Assembly (NCBI GenBank): GCA_046485285.1
Contig: JAWOHE010000010.1
Span: 1-51,129 of the forward strand
Direction of reading: 5' to 3'
Source of the DNA: a bacterium
Lineage (GTDB): Bacteria > Hydrothermota > Tepidihabitantia > Tepidihabitantales > Tepidihabitantaceae
DNA: 51,129 bases
Position 1 is the stretch's first letter. Each line of letters begins with the position of its first letter. The position numbers were made by a program, and so were the translations under genes. The notes under the pieces were generated by a model, which was given only the letters and a program-made list of their open reading frames with translations, searched no databases and was not told the origin of the DNA. Positions 1 through 9,277 of this stretch are shown one piece after another.

Positions 1-389
1 TGCCCGTCGCTCCCGTCCCAGGTCACCACGTACGCCCCGGGCTTCTGCCGCCCGCTCGAAAGCGTCCGCACCAGCCGGCCGCCCGCGTCGTACACCCGCA
101 GCAGCACCTCGCCCTCGCGCCCGATCTGGTACCGAATCTGCGTCTGCCGCGAGAACGGGTTCGGCCGGCAGACCGAGAGCTCGGGCCGGACGAACGGCCC
201 CGCGCTCCCGCCCGACTGCTGGCCGCCGCCCCCGGCCTTGAGGTTGCGGACCGCGTAGCCGACCTCGTAGTAGTTCGCCTGCGGAGCGTCGCTGTGGACG
301 ACGTGGACGAGCGGCAGCGCCGTGTCGCCCACGAGCCGGTTCTGGAACACCGCAAACGGGTAGCCCGCCTCGCCGGCATTGTCGACGAC
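1..389 (-). pseudogene. C-terminal part of a T9SS/FlgD-Ig cargo protein; no evident start or signal peptide; runs off the window edge
   Basis: A frame not in the ORF track reads VVDNAGEAGYPFAVFQ...GGGGQQSGG...LSVCRPNPFSRQTQIRYQIGREGEVLLRVYDAGGRLVRTL...PGAYVVTWDG. This is the PNPF / YD..GR.V.TL / WDG pattern of T9SS-CTD/FlgD domains. It begins directly after the mvhA stop and a hairpin. Confidence 0.6.
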
Positions 390-390
390 C

Positions 391-420
391 GCGAAGCCCC
401 GCTCGAAGGCGGGGCTTCGG
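391..420. terminator. GC-rich hairpin downstream of mvhA (terminator or mRNA-stabilising stem)
   Basis: CGAAGCCCCGC-tcgaag-GCGGGGCTTCG inverted repeat; no U-tract. Confidence 0.5.
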
Positions 421-436
421 CTCTCACGCGGCTCGG

Positions 437-1900
437 TCAGGGAGTGTTGCTGAGCTTCTCGACCAGCGTGCCGTCCTGCCGCCGCAGGCTGACCTCGAGC
501 GCCGCCCGGCCGAGCAGGTGGCTGGCGCAGGCGAAGCAGGGGTCGTAAGCCCGGAAGAACATCTCGACCGTGTTGAGCAGGCCGTCGTCCGCCTTGCCCT
601 TGCGCACCAGCTTCTTCGCCGCGTCGCGCACGCTCATGCAGATCGGGCCCATGTTGTTGGTCGAGGCGACGATCAGGTTGACCTTCTTGACCAACCGGTC
701 GTCGTCCAGCCAGTAGTGGTGGAAGAGCGTGCCGCGCGCCGCCTCGACCACCCCGATGCCCTCTTCCTGCATCGCGTAGTTCATGTTACGGATGTCGGTG
801 CCGGTGATGCTCTTGTCGGACGCGAGCTGGAGCGCTAACTCCGAGACATAGAGCAGTTCGACCAGCCGCGCCCAGTGGAACGCCAGCGTCGAGTTGACCG
901 GTTTCGTCTTGAAGCTGGCGTAGAGCTTCTCGTAGTGCTCCTGCGCCTTCGGCGTCGCCATCCCGTCCGCGGCGTTGAGCCGCCCCAGTGGCCCGACCCG
1001 GTAGATGCCCGACTCCGGCCCGTCGGTCAGGCCCTGGTAGCCGACAGCCTTGAGGTACGGGATCTTGACGTAGTTCCACTCGAGCACGTGCTCGGCGATG
1101 TGCTGGAGGTAGTCCCGCGCCGGGAACTTGAGGAACTCACTACCGTCCGGCGCGGTCACCCGGACCTGCCCGTCGTAGAAGTTGACGCGGTTGTTCTCGT
1201 CCACCAGGCCCATGTTGTAGGTCGCCAGCCCGAGCGCCGGGTCGGTGACCAGTTTCATGTAGTCCCGGTTGCCGAGCACCAGGTCCGCGAAGAGCCTAAG
1301 CGTGAACTCCGCGAACCCGATACAGGACCGGGCCATCCGCTCGATTTCCGCCCGCTCTTCCTCGCTCAGCGTCTTGGTCTGCCCGCCGGGCACGCCTGAG
1401 ACCGGGTGGGTCGGCTTGCCGCCGAGCAGCTCGGTTATCTTCTGCCCGTAGGCCCGGTGCTTGATGACCTCCTTCGCGACGTCGAGGCCGACTTTCTCGA
1501 TGACGCCGAGGATGTTGCGCTTCTCTTTCGGCGCGTCCGGCCCGACGACGAAGTCCGGCCCGCCGAGGAAGTAGAAGTGCAGGATGTGGTCGTAGATGAT
1601 GTAGCCGGCGTAGATCAGGTCGCGGAGCTTACGCGCGGTCGGCGTCGGCTCGACCCCGAACGCCATGTCGAGTGCCTTGGTCGAGGCGTAGTGGTGCGCC
1701 ACCGGGCAGACCCCGCAGATCCGGCTGGTGAGCTGGGGCATGTCCTCGGCCTTGCGGCCGACGCAGAACCGCTCGAACCCGCGCAGTTCCGGTACCTGCA
1801 GGTAGGCGTTGGCGACATCGCCCTTGTCGTCGAGGAAAATCTCGATCTTGCCGTGGCCCTCGAGCCGGGTAATCGGGTCAATCGTGATGCGCCTGCTCAT
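437..1900 (-). CDS. mvhA: [NiFe]-hydrogenase large subunit, MvhA-type (group 3c)
   Basis: True start MSRRITIDPITRLEGH at 1900 (TAATG overlap with mvhG). L1 motif RICGVC, L2 motif DPCFACASH plus C-terminal extension; hdr/mvhD context. Confidence 0.93.
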   Translation of the reverse strand: MSRRITIDPITRLEGHGKIEIFLDDKGDVANAYLQVPELRGFERFCVGRKAEDMPQLTSRICGVCPVAHHYASTKALDMAFGVEPTPTARKLRDLIYAGYIIYDHILHFYFLGGPDFVVGPDAPKEKRNILGVIEKVGLDVAKEVIKHRAYGQKITELLGGKPTHPVSGVPGGQTKTLSEEERAEIERMARSCIGFAEFTLRLFADLVLGNRDYMKLVTDPALGLATYNMGLVDENNRVNFYDGQVRVTAPDGSEFLKFPARDYLQHIAEHVLEWNYVKIPYLKAVGYQGLTDGPESGIYRVGPLGRLNAADGMATPKAQEHYEKLYASFKTKPVNSTLAFHWARLVELLYVSELALQLASDKSITGTDIRNMNYAMQEEGIGVVEAARGTLFHHYWLDDDRLVKKVNLIVASTNNMGPICMSVRDAAKKLVRKGKADDGLLNTVEMFFRAYDPCFACASHLLGRAALEVSLRRQDGTLVEKLSNTP

Positions 1901-2931
1901 TACTTCCCCTTTCCCGCTTCCGCGCCCTGGACATTGGCCTCCTGGCCTTCGCCTGCCGCCTTCCTCTTCCGGTTGATGGTCGCGCTGGCCAGCCCGTACA
2001 TGTAGAACGTCCCGACCGGGTCCTTGACCTTCGCCAGCAGTTTCCGGGTCTCCTCGTCGGTCATCATGCTCTCGTCGTCCACCCGAAGGATGGCCGCCAG
2101 CGCGGATATCATCTTCGCGCCCTGGTCCTTCACCTCCGGCGTCGGGCCCAGACAGCCGGTGCAGGGCCAGTTGCCGTTGATGCAGCGCGACTCGCAGCCG
2201 GACCGCGTCGCCGGGCCCATGCAGATCAGGCCCTGAGCGAGGAAACACTCCTCCGGATTCGCGGCAATCTCCCACGGCCGCTTGATGTCCGGCATCTTCT
2301 TGGGCAGGGTGCTGTTCCGGGGGCAGGTGTCGCAGAGCGCCTTGACCGGCGCGAGCACCGTGCCCTTCTCCGGGAGCCTGCCCGCGACAACCGCCTCGAA
2401 CGCGGCGAGGATGACCGGCACCGGCGGAGGGCAGCCGGGCAGGTAGTAGTCGACGTCCACCACCCGGTCGAGCGGGTAGACCCCGTCGTAGAACTTCGGC
2501 AGGGTCAGCTCGCCCTCGGGCGCCGCGAAGCTCGTCCGCGGCTCGGTGCCTTTCGATTCGTCGAGCGAGGGCTCGTCGTGGTAGGCGGTCCTGAACACCT
2601 CGTCCCGGCTGTTGAGGTTGGCCAGCCCGGGAATACAGCCGTGGTGCGCGCAGGAGCCGAACGCGACCAGCGTCTTCGCCTTCCGGCGCAGCAGGTGCGC
2701 CCATTCCTCCTGCTCGGAGGTGCGCACCGAGCCATTGAACAGGCACAGGTCGAGGTGCTTGTCCGGCCAGGCCTCGACGTCCGCCTTCTTGGTATCCATC
2801 GCCACCGGCCAGAGCAGGATGTCGGCCGCGGCGACGATGTCAAGGATCTTCTCGTTGGTGTCGAGCATCGCGATTTCACAGCCGCCGCACGATGCCGCCC
2901 AGTAGAGCCCGAGCTTCAGCTTCTCCGCCAC
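1900..2931 (-). CDS. mvhG: [NiFe]-hydrogenase small subunit, MvhG-type
   Basis: SCGGC, FGSCA..GCIPGLAN, LPGCPP and CxxC...C..QG..CMGP.T..GC...C.GC motifs; RBS GGAGG. Confidence 0.93.
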   Translation of the reverse strand: MAEKLKLGLYWAASCGGCEIAMLDTNEKILDIVAAADILLWPVAMDTKKADVEAWPDKHLDLCLFNGSVRTSEQEEWAHLLRRKAKTLVAFGSCAHHGCIPGLANLNSRDEVFRTAYHDEPSLDESKGTEPRTSFAAPEGELTLPKFYDGVYPLDRVVDVDYYLPGCPPPVPVILAAFEAVVAGRLPEKGTVLAPVKALCDTCPRNSTLPKKMPDIKRPWEIAANPEECFLAQGLICMGPATRSGCESRCINGNWPCTGCLGPTPEVKDQGAKMISALAAILRVDDESMMTDEETRKLLAKVKDPVGTFYMYGLASATINRKRKAAGEGQEANVQGAEAGKGK

Positions 2932-2962
2932 TGCGCCTCCTTACCGGGTAAGTCTCTTCTTG

Positions 2963-3844
2963 TCATTCAATCAGACCCCGCGCCCGCAACGCCGGCCGCG
3001 GGTCAATCTTGCCGTAGTCGAGCGCGAGCTCGCCGGCGGGCATGCCGAGCGCGAGCCCGACGAGCTTCGGGAAGTAGAGAATCGGGATCGGCTTGAACTT
3101 CTTCTCGCGCGCCGCGATGTCGCTCTGGAGCGCGTCGATGTTGTAATGACAAAGCGGGCAGCTCGTTGTCATCACCTCCGCCCCGGCCTCGCGGGCGTTC
3201 TCGACCACCCGGCGCGAGCAGTTCTCGGCCACCTCGCGCCGGCTCACGACCAGGTAGCCGCCGCAGCACTTGGTCTTGAAGTCGAACGGCACCGGCTCGG
3301 CCCCGATTGCCGCCATCAGGTCGTCGAGCACGTGCGGGTCGGTCGCGTCGCCGAGCTCCATCACCGCCCGCGGCCGCGACATCAGGCAGCCGTAGTACGA
3401 CGCGACCCGGAGCCCGTCAAGCGACCGCCCGGCGCGGGCCTTGATTGCCTCCCAGCCGACGTCGTCCCTCAGCACCTCGAGATAGTGAACGACCCGCAGG
3501 CCGGGCCGGTACTCCTCGTCGATGAAGTCGAGCAGTCGCCGGCCGGTCCGCTCGTCCTTCTCGTCCTCGAGCGCGACCCGCGCCCGCTTGAGGACGTTGT
3601 AGCACGCCGCGCACAGTGTCACCAGCCGGTCGCCGAGCTGGCTCGCCCGGGCCAGATTGCGCACCGGGCCGAGCTGGGACGCGAGGTCGTCGGTGTTGGT
3701 GTTGTAGATCGCGCCACAGCAGGTCCAGGCCGGCATCTCGACCAGCTCGATATCGAGCTTCAGCGCGACCCTGCGCGCGACCTCGTCCAGCGACTTCGCC
3801 TTGGTGTGGAGGGTGCAACCCGGGTAATAGCTGAGCTGCTTCAC
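2963..3844 (-). CDS. hdrB: heterodisulfide reductase subunit B-like (CCG-domain protein), copy 1
   Basis: YYPGC...TCCG...CAAC and YYGC...KCCG...CPLC: two CCG domains. Confidence 0.9.
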   Translation of the reverse strand: MKQLSYYPGCTLHTKAKSLDEVARRVALKLDIELVEMPAWTCCGAIYNTNTDDLASQLGPVRNLARASQLGDRLVTLCAACYNVLKRARVALEDEKDERTGRRLLDFIDEEYRPGLRVVHYLEVLRDDVGWEAIKARAGRSLDGLRVASYYGCLMSRPRAVMELGDATDPHVLDDLMAAIGAEPVPFDFKTKCCGGYLVVSRREVAENCSRRVVENAREAGAEVMTTSCPLCHYNIDALQSDIAAREKKFKPIPILYFPKLVGLALGMPAGELALDYGKIDPRPALRARGLIE

Positions 3845-3847
3845 GCG

Positions 3848-4237
3848 CTACCCGGCGAATTTGCGGTAGGCGGCGATGAACGCCTGTTGCGGCACTTCCT
3901 CGAGCTCCTCCGGGATGGCGCTGTCCGGGTCGAACTCGCTGCGCTTGCCGCGCAGGAGTATCGCCCGGCAGGCCTCGGCGATCTTCGCGTAATCGACCCG
4001 GCGCGGACAGCGGGTGCCGCAGGTCAGGCAGCTCGCGCAGAGCCAGATGCCCCGCGAGTTGATGACCTGCTCGGGCAGACCGAGCTGCAGGAACAGCATC
4101 GCCTCGCGCGGCTTCGGGTCCATCTCGTCGGCGACCGGGCAGCCGCCGGTGCACTGGCCGCACTGGAAGCAGACCGCGATGTCCTCGCCGCTGAGTTCCT
4201 CGATCTGCCGGATGAGTCTGCGCGCGTTATCGTCCAC
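3848..4237 (-). CDS. hdrC: heterodisulfide reductase subunit C-like, copy 1
   Basis: CFQCGQCTGGCP and WLCASCLTCGTRCP. GTG start at 4237 chosen by analogy with the paralog at 17195-17596 and the upstream promoter. Confidence 0.88.
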   Translation of the reverse strand: MDDNARRLIRQIEELSGEDIAVCFQCGQCTGGCPVADEMDPKPREAMLFLQLGLPEQVINSRGIWLCASCLTCGTRCPRRVDYAKIAEACRAILLRGKRSEFDPDSAIPEELEEVPQQAFIAAYRKFAG

Positions 4238-4253
4238 AATAGTGAAGTCACAG

Positions 4254-4281
4254 AGGATAGAAACGGCCCCGGCCAAGTCAA
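4254..4281 (-). promoter_or_regulatory. sigma70-type promoter for hdrC-hdrB-mvhG-mvhA
   Basis: TTGACT-N16-TATCCT on the - strand. Confidence 0.6.
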
Positions 4282-4334
4282 GAAACGCCCGGCAGCGCTG
4301 CGGAGTGAAAGACAAGGCGACAGGCCCGGCCGGG

Positions 4335-7300
4335 CTAATCCAGCAACGCGACGATCTCGCGGCAGATATTCTCGCTGGTGAAGCCGCGGATGTCGATCGC
4401 CGAGCACCGGCAGTTGGCCGCGCAGGCACCGCAGCCCTTGCACAGCGCCTCGTTGACCACCGCCGCCCGCGTGCCGAAGGTCTCGTTGACGACCTTGACC
4501 TCAATCGCCCGGTAGGCGCAGAGCGTCTCACACATCCGGCAGGCGGTGCAGCGCTCGCGGTCGACGTGCGCGACCGTCGCCTCGGCATCAAGCGTGTCGC
4601 GGCTGAGAATCGTCGCCGCCCGGCCCGCCGCGGCCCGCGCCTGGGCCACCGCCTCGTCGATGAACTTCGGGAAGTGCGCCAGCCCGGCCATGAACACGCC
4701 CTCGGTCGCGAAGTCCACCGGCCGGAGCTTCATGTGCGCCTCGAGGAAGAAACCGTCCGCATTGAGCGGCACCTTGAGCATCATCGCCAGTTCCTTCGCA
4801 CCGGCTCTCGGCACGATGCCGGTGCTCAAGACCAAGAGGTCCGGCCGGAACCTGATGCTGCGGCCGAGCACCGGGTCGCGCGCCACCACGACCGGCCGGC
4901 CGTCCTCGACCGTGACCTCGGGCTTCTCGTCGGGGGTGAACCGGATGAAGACAACTCCCAGCTCGCGCGCCCGGCGGTAGTGCTCCTCGCGCAGGCCGTA
5001 AGTCCGGATGTCCCGGTAAAGCACGAAGACGTCGGTGCCCGGGTCGAGCTCCTTCAGCGCTACGGCGTTCTTGACCGCCTCGGCGCAGCAGATCCGCGAG
5101 CACCAGGGCCGCTCCGGCTCGCGCGACCCGACGCACTGGACCATCACCACGGAAGAGCAGGGACCATTGCAGATTGCAGGTTTCAGATTGCAGGTTTCAG
5201 AACCGGAAGAAGCGGACATTCTGCAGTCTGCATTCTGCAATTTGCATTCAGCAATCATCTTCTCCAGCTCACGCTGGGTAATGATCCGGTCGCTCTCGCC
5301 GTGATGGTACTCGGTTGGCTCGCGGTACTCGGCCCCGGTCGCGACAACGACCACGCCATGCTCATACTCCATCGGTTTGTCCGCCCCGCGGACGTGGAAA
5401 GTCGTCCGGTAGTTGCCGACGAATCCGTCGATGCGGTCGAGCGCCACGCTCGAGTGGACAGTGATGCGCGGGTGCTGCCGCACCTGCTCGATGATCGCCC
5501 TGAGCCGGGCGCGGACATCGTCGCCCTCGGCGGTGGTGAATATCGCAAGCGCCTGGCCGCCCAGTTCGGCCTCGCGCTCGAGCAGGCAGACGTCGAAACC
5601 CTCGTCGGCGATTGCCAGCGCGGCGGTCAGCCCGGCGATGCCGCCGCCCAGTACCAACGCCGCCTTCTTGACCGGCAGCTCAACCCTGGGCAGCGGAACC
5701 TGGCGCACGACCCGGGCAATCGCACCCCGGACGAGCTCCTTGGCCTTGGCCGTCGCCAGTTCGGGCTCCTTCATGTGCACCCACGAGCACTGGTCCCGAA
5801 TATTGGCCATCGCGAAGAGATGCGGGTTCAAACCCGCCTCGGCCAGCGTCGCCTGGAACAGCGGCTCGTGCGTCCGGGGCGAGCACGAAGCGACCATCAC
5901 CCGGTTGAGCCTCTGCTCCCGGATGATGTCCTTGAGCCGCTCCTGGGTATCGCCCGAGCAGGAGTAGAGGTTCTCGTCGGCGTAGACGACAAACGGCAGC
6001 GTCTTGGCGTACTCGACCACCGCCGGCACATTGACCACGCCGCCGATGTTGATGCCGCAGTGGCAGATGAACGCCCCGACCCGCGGCGGCTCGCCCGCGA
6101 CATTGTGCTCGGGCGGCTGCTCCTCGACAATCGTCTCGCTGCCGCGGGCCGCGGCGAGCACTGACTCGGCGTTCGCCGCCGCGCCCGATGCCCCGGTCAC
6201 CGTCTCAGGAATGGCCATCGGCGCCTGGAAGCTGCCGGCGACGCTGATGCCCTCGCGCGACGTGCCGACCGGGTTCCAGTTGTCGCCGGCCGCGAAGCCG
6301 TACCGGTCGAGCTCAATGTCGAGCCGCCGGCCCAGCTCGACCAGCTCCGGCGGCGGCACCAGCCCGCAGGACAGCACCACCATGTCGAACCGCTCGGCGC
6401 CCGCGCCCGCGTCGCCGGCGTAGCGGACAATGAGATCGCGCGTCGCCGGGTCCTCCCTGATTTCCGGCACCCGCGCCCGGACCAGCCGAACCCCGTACTG
6501 CCGCTCCGCCCGCTCGACGTAGCGGTCAAAATCCTTGCCGTACGAACGCATGTCCATGTAGAATATCGTCGGCTCGATTGCGCTGACGTGCTCCCTGGCG
6601 ATGACCGCTTCCTTGACCGCATACATGCAGCACATCGCCGAGCAGTAGCCCTTCTCGACCGACTCGTCGCGTGACCCGACGCACTGCAGCCAGGCGATTC
6701 GCTCCGGCGCCTTGCCGTCGCCGGGCCGCTGGATGTGCCCGGAATACGGCCCCGATGCCGAGAGGATGCGCTCGAACTCGAGGCTGGTGACGACGTTCGG
6801 GTAACGGCCGTGGCCGTACTCGCGCCGCAGGTCGGTCGGCGCAACCTGCGAGCCCGCCGCGACGACGACCGCGCCGACGCGGACGGCCAGCTCCTCGTCC
6901 TGCTGGGAGTAGTCGATGGCGCCGGCCTTGCAGTTCTTGGCGCAGGCGCCGCACTTGTCGCGGGTCAGTTTCAGGCAGTGCTTCGCATCGATCATTGGCG
7001 CGTTCGGCACCGCCTGGGCGTAGAGCCGATAGATTGCCCGACGCTCGGCCAGCCCGCCCTCGAAGTCGTTCGGCAGCTTGACCGGGCACTTCGCGAGGCA
7101 GTCGCCGCAACCTGTGCACTTGTCGAGGTCGACGTAGCGGGCATGTCGCTTGAGCCGTACGGTGAAGTCACCCGCCTGCCCCTCGATGCCGAGGACCTCG
7201 GTCAGCGTCAGGAGTTCGATGTTGTGGTGCCGCGCCGCCGCGACCAACTTCGGCGACAGGATGCACATCGAGCAGTCGTTGGTCGGGAAAGTCTTGTCGA

Positions 7301-7463
7301 GCATCGCCATCACGCCGCCGATGCCCGCCTGCTTCTCAACGAGGTAGACCTTGTAGCCCGAGTCGGCGAGGTCAAGCGCGGTCTGGACGCCGCCGATGCC
7401 GCCGCCGACGACCAGCACCGCGCCGGATAGCGGCGACGTCGCCGCCTGGCCCTTGTCGCTCAC
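4335..7463 (-). CDS. hdrA: HdrA-like flavoprotein with two FAD/HdrA modules (~1042 aa)
   Basis: GGGIGG, DKTFPTNDCSMCILSPK, ferredoxin insert, QCVGSR..CSAMCC, CHCG.NI, GGGIAG, FLEAH.KLRPVD, C-terminal ferredoxin. GTG start at 7463 overlaps the upstream TGA. Confidence 0.9.
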   Translation of the reverse strand: MSDKGQAATSPLSGAVLVVGGGIGGVQTALDLADSGYKVYLVEKQAGIGGVMAMLDKTFPTNDCSMCILSPKLVAAARHHNIELLTLTEVLGIEGQAGDFTVRLKRHARYVDLDKCTGCGDCLAKCPVKLPNDFEGGLAERRAIYRLYAQAVPNAPMIDAKHCLKLTRDKCGACAKNCKAGAIDYSQQDEELAVRVGAVVVAAGSQVAPTDLRREYGHGRYPNVVTSLEFERILSASGPYSGHIQRPGDGKAPERIAWLQCVGSRDESVEKGYCSAMCCMYAVKEAVIAREHVSAIEPTIFYMDMRSYGKDFDRYVERAERQYGVRLVRARVPEIREDPATRDLIVRYAGDAGAGAERFDMVVLSCGLVPPPELVELGRRLDIELDRYGFAAGDNWNPVGTSREGISVAGSFQAPMAIPETVTGASGAAANAESVLAAARGSETIVEEQPPEHNVAGEPPRVGAFICHCGINIGGVVNVPAVVEYAKTLPFVVYADENLYSCSGDTQERLKDIIREQRLNRVMVASCSPRTHEPLFQATLAEAGLNPHLFAMANIRDQCSWVHMKEPELATAKAKELVRGAIARVVRQVPLPRVELPVKKAALVLGGGIAGLTAALAIADEGFDVCLLEREAELGGQALAIFTTAEGDDVRARLRAIIEQVRQHPRITVHSSVALDRIDGFVGNYRTTFHVRGADKPMEYEHGVVVVATGAEYREPTEYHHGESDRIITQRELEKMIAECKLQNADCRMSASSGSETCNLKPAICNGPCSSVVMVQCVGSREPERPWCSRICCAEAVKNAVALKELDPGTDVFVLYRDIRTYGLREEHYRRARELGVVFIRFTPDEKPEVTVEDGRPVVVARDPVLGRSIRFRPDLLVLSTGIVPRAGAKELAMMLKVPLNADGFFLEAHMKLRPVDFATEGVFMAGLAHFPKFIDEAVAQARAAAGRAATILSRDTLDAEATVAHVDRERCTACRMCETLCAYRAIEVKVVNETFGTRAAVVNEALCKGCGACAANCRCSAIDIRGFTSENICREIVALLD
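5145..5267. repeat. heptamer inverted-repeat element lying in frame within hdrA
   Basis: (ATTGCAG/GTTTCAG)n arm and (TCTGCAN)n arm; near-identical copy at 23606-23714. Confidence 0.85.
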
Positions 7464-8155
7464 TGATCCGCCTTCTCCAGCGCCGCCAGGCTTTCCGGGT
7501 AAGAGTGGCCATCCTCGGCCGCAAGCTCCTTGATGGCGTTCATTATCTGGCTGATCTGCACGCCCTGCGGGCAGCGCGACAGGCAACGGTAGTGAGTCGC
7601 GCATATGTCCTTGAACTCGTCGGCCAGCGCCTCGTCGCGCAGGCCCATGTTGACGAGCCGGATGAACCGCCGCGGGTCCTTCGTCGGGTCGAAGAGCTGC
7701 TCCGGGCAGACCGCGGTGCAGGAACCGCAGGTGAAACAGCGCCCGACCTCGGGCAGCTCCGCCATCACCCGGCGCTTGAACTCACGGTCGAACTCCGCCG
7801 CGTCGGTGATGTCTGCCCGCGTCGCCTCGAGTCGCCTGGTCTCCTCCGCAAGCCGGGCGACCGCATCCGCGACCGCGCCGATGTTCACGCCCTGCGGGCA
7901 GCGCTTGAGGCAGGTCGAGTGGTAGGAACACATCCAGACGAACTCCGACCGGTAGACCTCGTCCCTCATCCCGAGTATCGCCATCCGGATGATGCGCCGC
8001 GGGTTGTACTTCTCGTCGAGCCTGCGCACCGGGCAGGAGGCCGAACATGAACCGCAGGCCAGGCAGTGCATGAAGTCCCGGTTGCCCATCTTCTCGGCGA
8101 TACGGAACTTGAACTCGCCGTCGAGTTGGCTGACCAGGACTTCCCGCTCCGCCAT
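7460..8155 (-). CDS. tandem-duplicated HdrC-like Fe-S protein
   Basis: Two HdrC-like halves, each with CxxCxxCxxxCP followed by CxxHxxCxxxCP. Confidence 0.85.
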   Translation of the reverse strand: MAEREVLVSQLDGEFKFRIAEKMGNRDFMHCLACGSCSASCPVRRLDEKYNPRRIIRMAILGMRDEVYRSEFVWMCSYHSTCLKRCPQGVNIGAVADAVARLAEETRRLEATRADITDAAEFDREFKRRVMAELPEVGRCFTCGSCTAVCPEQLFDPTKDPRRFIRLVNMGLRDEALADEFKDICATHYRCLSRCPQGVQISQIMNAIKELAAEDGHSYPESLAALEKADQ

Positions 8156-9270
8156 TACTCGCTCTCGCCGACCGCCTGGAACTCGTCCTCGCGGAACGCC
8201 ACCAGCGGCAGAGGTTCTTCGAGGCTCCGGCCCGAGACATAGTCGAACTCGGCCTGGACGTTGCGAGACACCTTCCTGAACAGCGACAGGAGCCCGACAC
8301 CGGCCGGGCAGGAATCTTCGCAGATGCCACAGGCAACGCAGGAAGCCATCATGTGGTTCATCCGCGTCAGGTGGAACAACAGCGTCTCCGACGGCATCCG
8401 GGTCAGCCCCTTGCGCTTCGCGGTCCGGACGTGCTCATCCAGCCCGCGCTTGAAGGTGTCCGAGTCAAAGAAGCACTCGTGGCAGTAGCAGACCGGGCAG
8501 ACCCGCATGCAGTTGTGGCAGTTGATGCAGTCGGCGAAGTAGCTGACGAGCTTCTCCGGACCCATCATCGCCTTGTCCAGCTCCTCGATGCGTGCCGCCG
8601 CCTTCTTCAACCGCCTGCCGGCAAGCTCCTTCAGGTACTCCCGGCGCGCCGCCGGCTCTTCACCCGCCGTCTCGACGCCCTCAAGCAGCGCCCGGCCCTT
8701 GTCGGTAGCGGCCTCCAGCCACAGCTCCTTGTCCGGGTTCAGTCCTAGGAATCCGATGGCGACATCGAATGCCGGCGGGCTGGAGAACTCACACACCTGG
8801 CAGGCGGTGCGCAAGTTCGGGCTGTCATAGTAGTCCCGCTGCCTGCGGATGTGGTCGTTATCAAACTCTTCGCCTTCTGTCCGGGTTTCGCGAAACCCGG
8901 CCGCCTTGTAGGTGCCCGGGCAGTCGATACCCACCAGCACCACCGCCTCGGCGTCGACCTGCCGCAGCTTGATGAGCTCGACCACCGCCCGCAACTCGCA
9001 GGGCCGCAGCAAGAGCCCGACCTTACCTGCATCGCCCGCCTGCTTGGCGATGTCGTGGACCACCGACGCGGCGTTGACCGCCATCGCCGGCAGCAGTGGC
9101 GCGGCATCGGCCAGCTTCGCCGGGTCGCTGACCAACGCCAGCGTCGCGGCGCCGGACTTCGCCATCACCGGCACCAGCATCGCCGACAGCCGCCCCCCCT
9201 CCAACCAGCCGGCAAACAGCTCGCGCAGCGCCTGCGAGGGATTCTTCGCCTTCACCTTGAGCATGCCCAT
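8155..9270 (-). CDS. FdhB/FrhB-family Fe-S protein with C-terminal 2[4Fe-4S] region
   Basis: RPCELRA, GIDCPG, ACQVC, CINCHNCMRVCPVCYCHEC and CVACGICEDSCP; adjacent to mvhD. Confidence 0.8.
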   Translation of the reverse strand: MGMLKVKAKNPSQALRELFAGWLEGGRLSAMLVPVMAKSGAATLALVSDPAKLADAAPLLPAMAVNAASVVHDIAKQAGDAGKVGLLLRPCELRAVVELIKLRQVDAEAVVLVGIDCPGTYKAAGFRETRTEGEEFDNDHIRRQRDYYDSPNLRTACQVCEFSSPPAFDVAIGFLGLNPDKELWLEAATDKGRALLEGVETAGEEPAARREYLKELAGRRLKKAAARIEELDKAMMGPEKLVSYFADCINCHNCMRVCPVCYCHECFFDSDTFKRGLDEHVRTAKRKGLTRMPSETLLFHLTRMNHMMASCVACGICEDSCPAGVGLLSLFRKVSRNVQAEFDYVSGRSLEEPLPLVAFREDEFQAVGESE

Positions 9271-9277
9271 CGCTGCC

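Noticed and set aside
1901-2746. N-terminal extension of the 769-aa ORF 437..2746
   Set aside because: It is an alternate frame of mvhG; MvhA homology begins at 1900.
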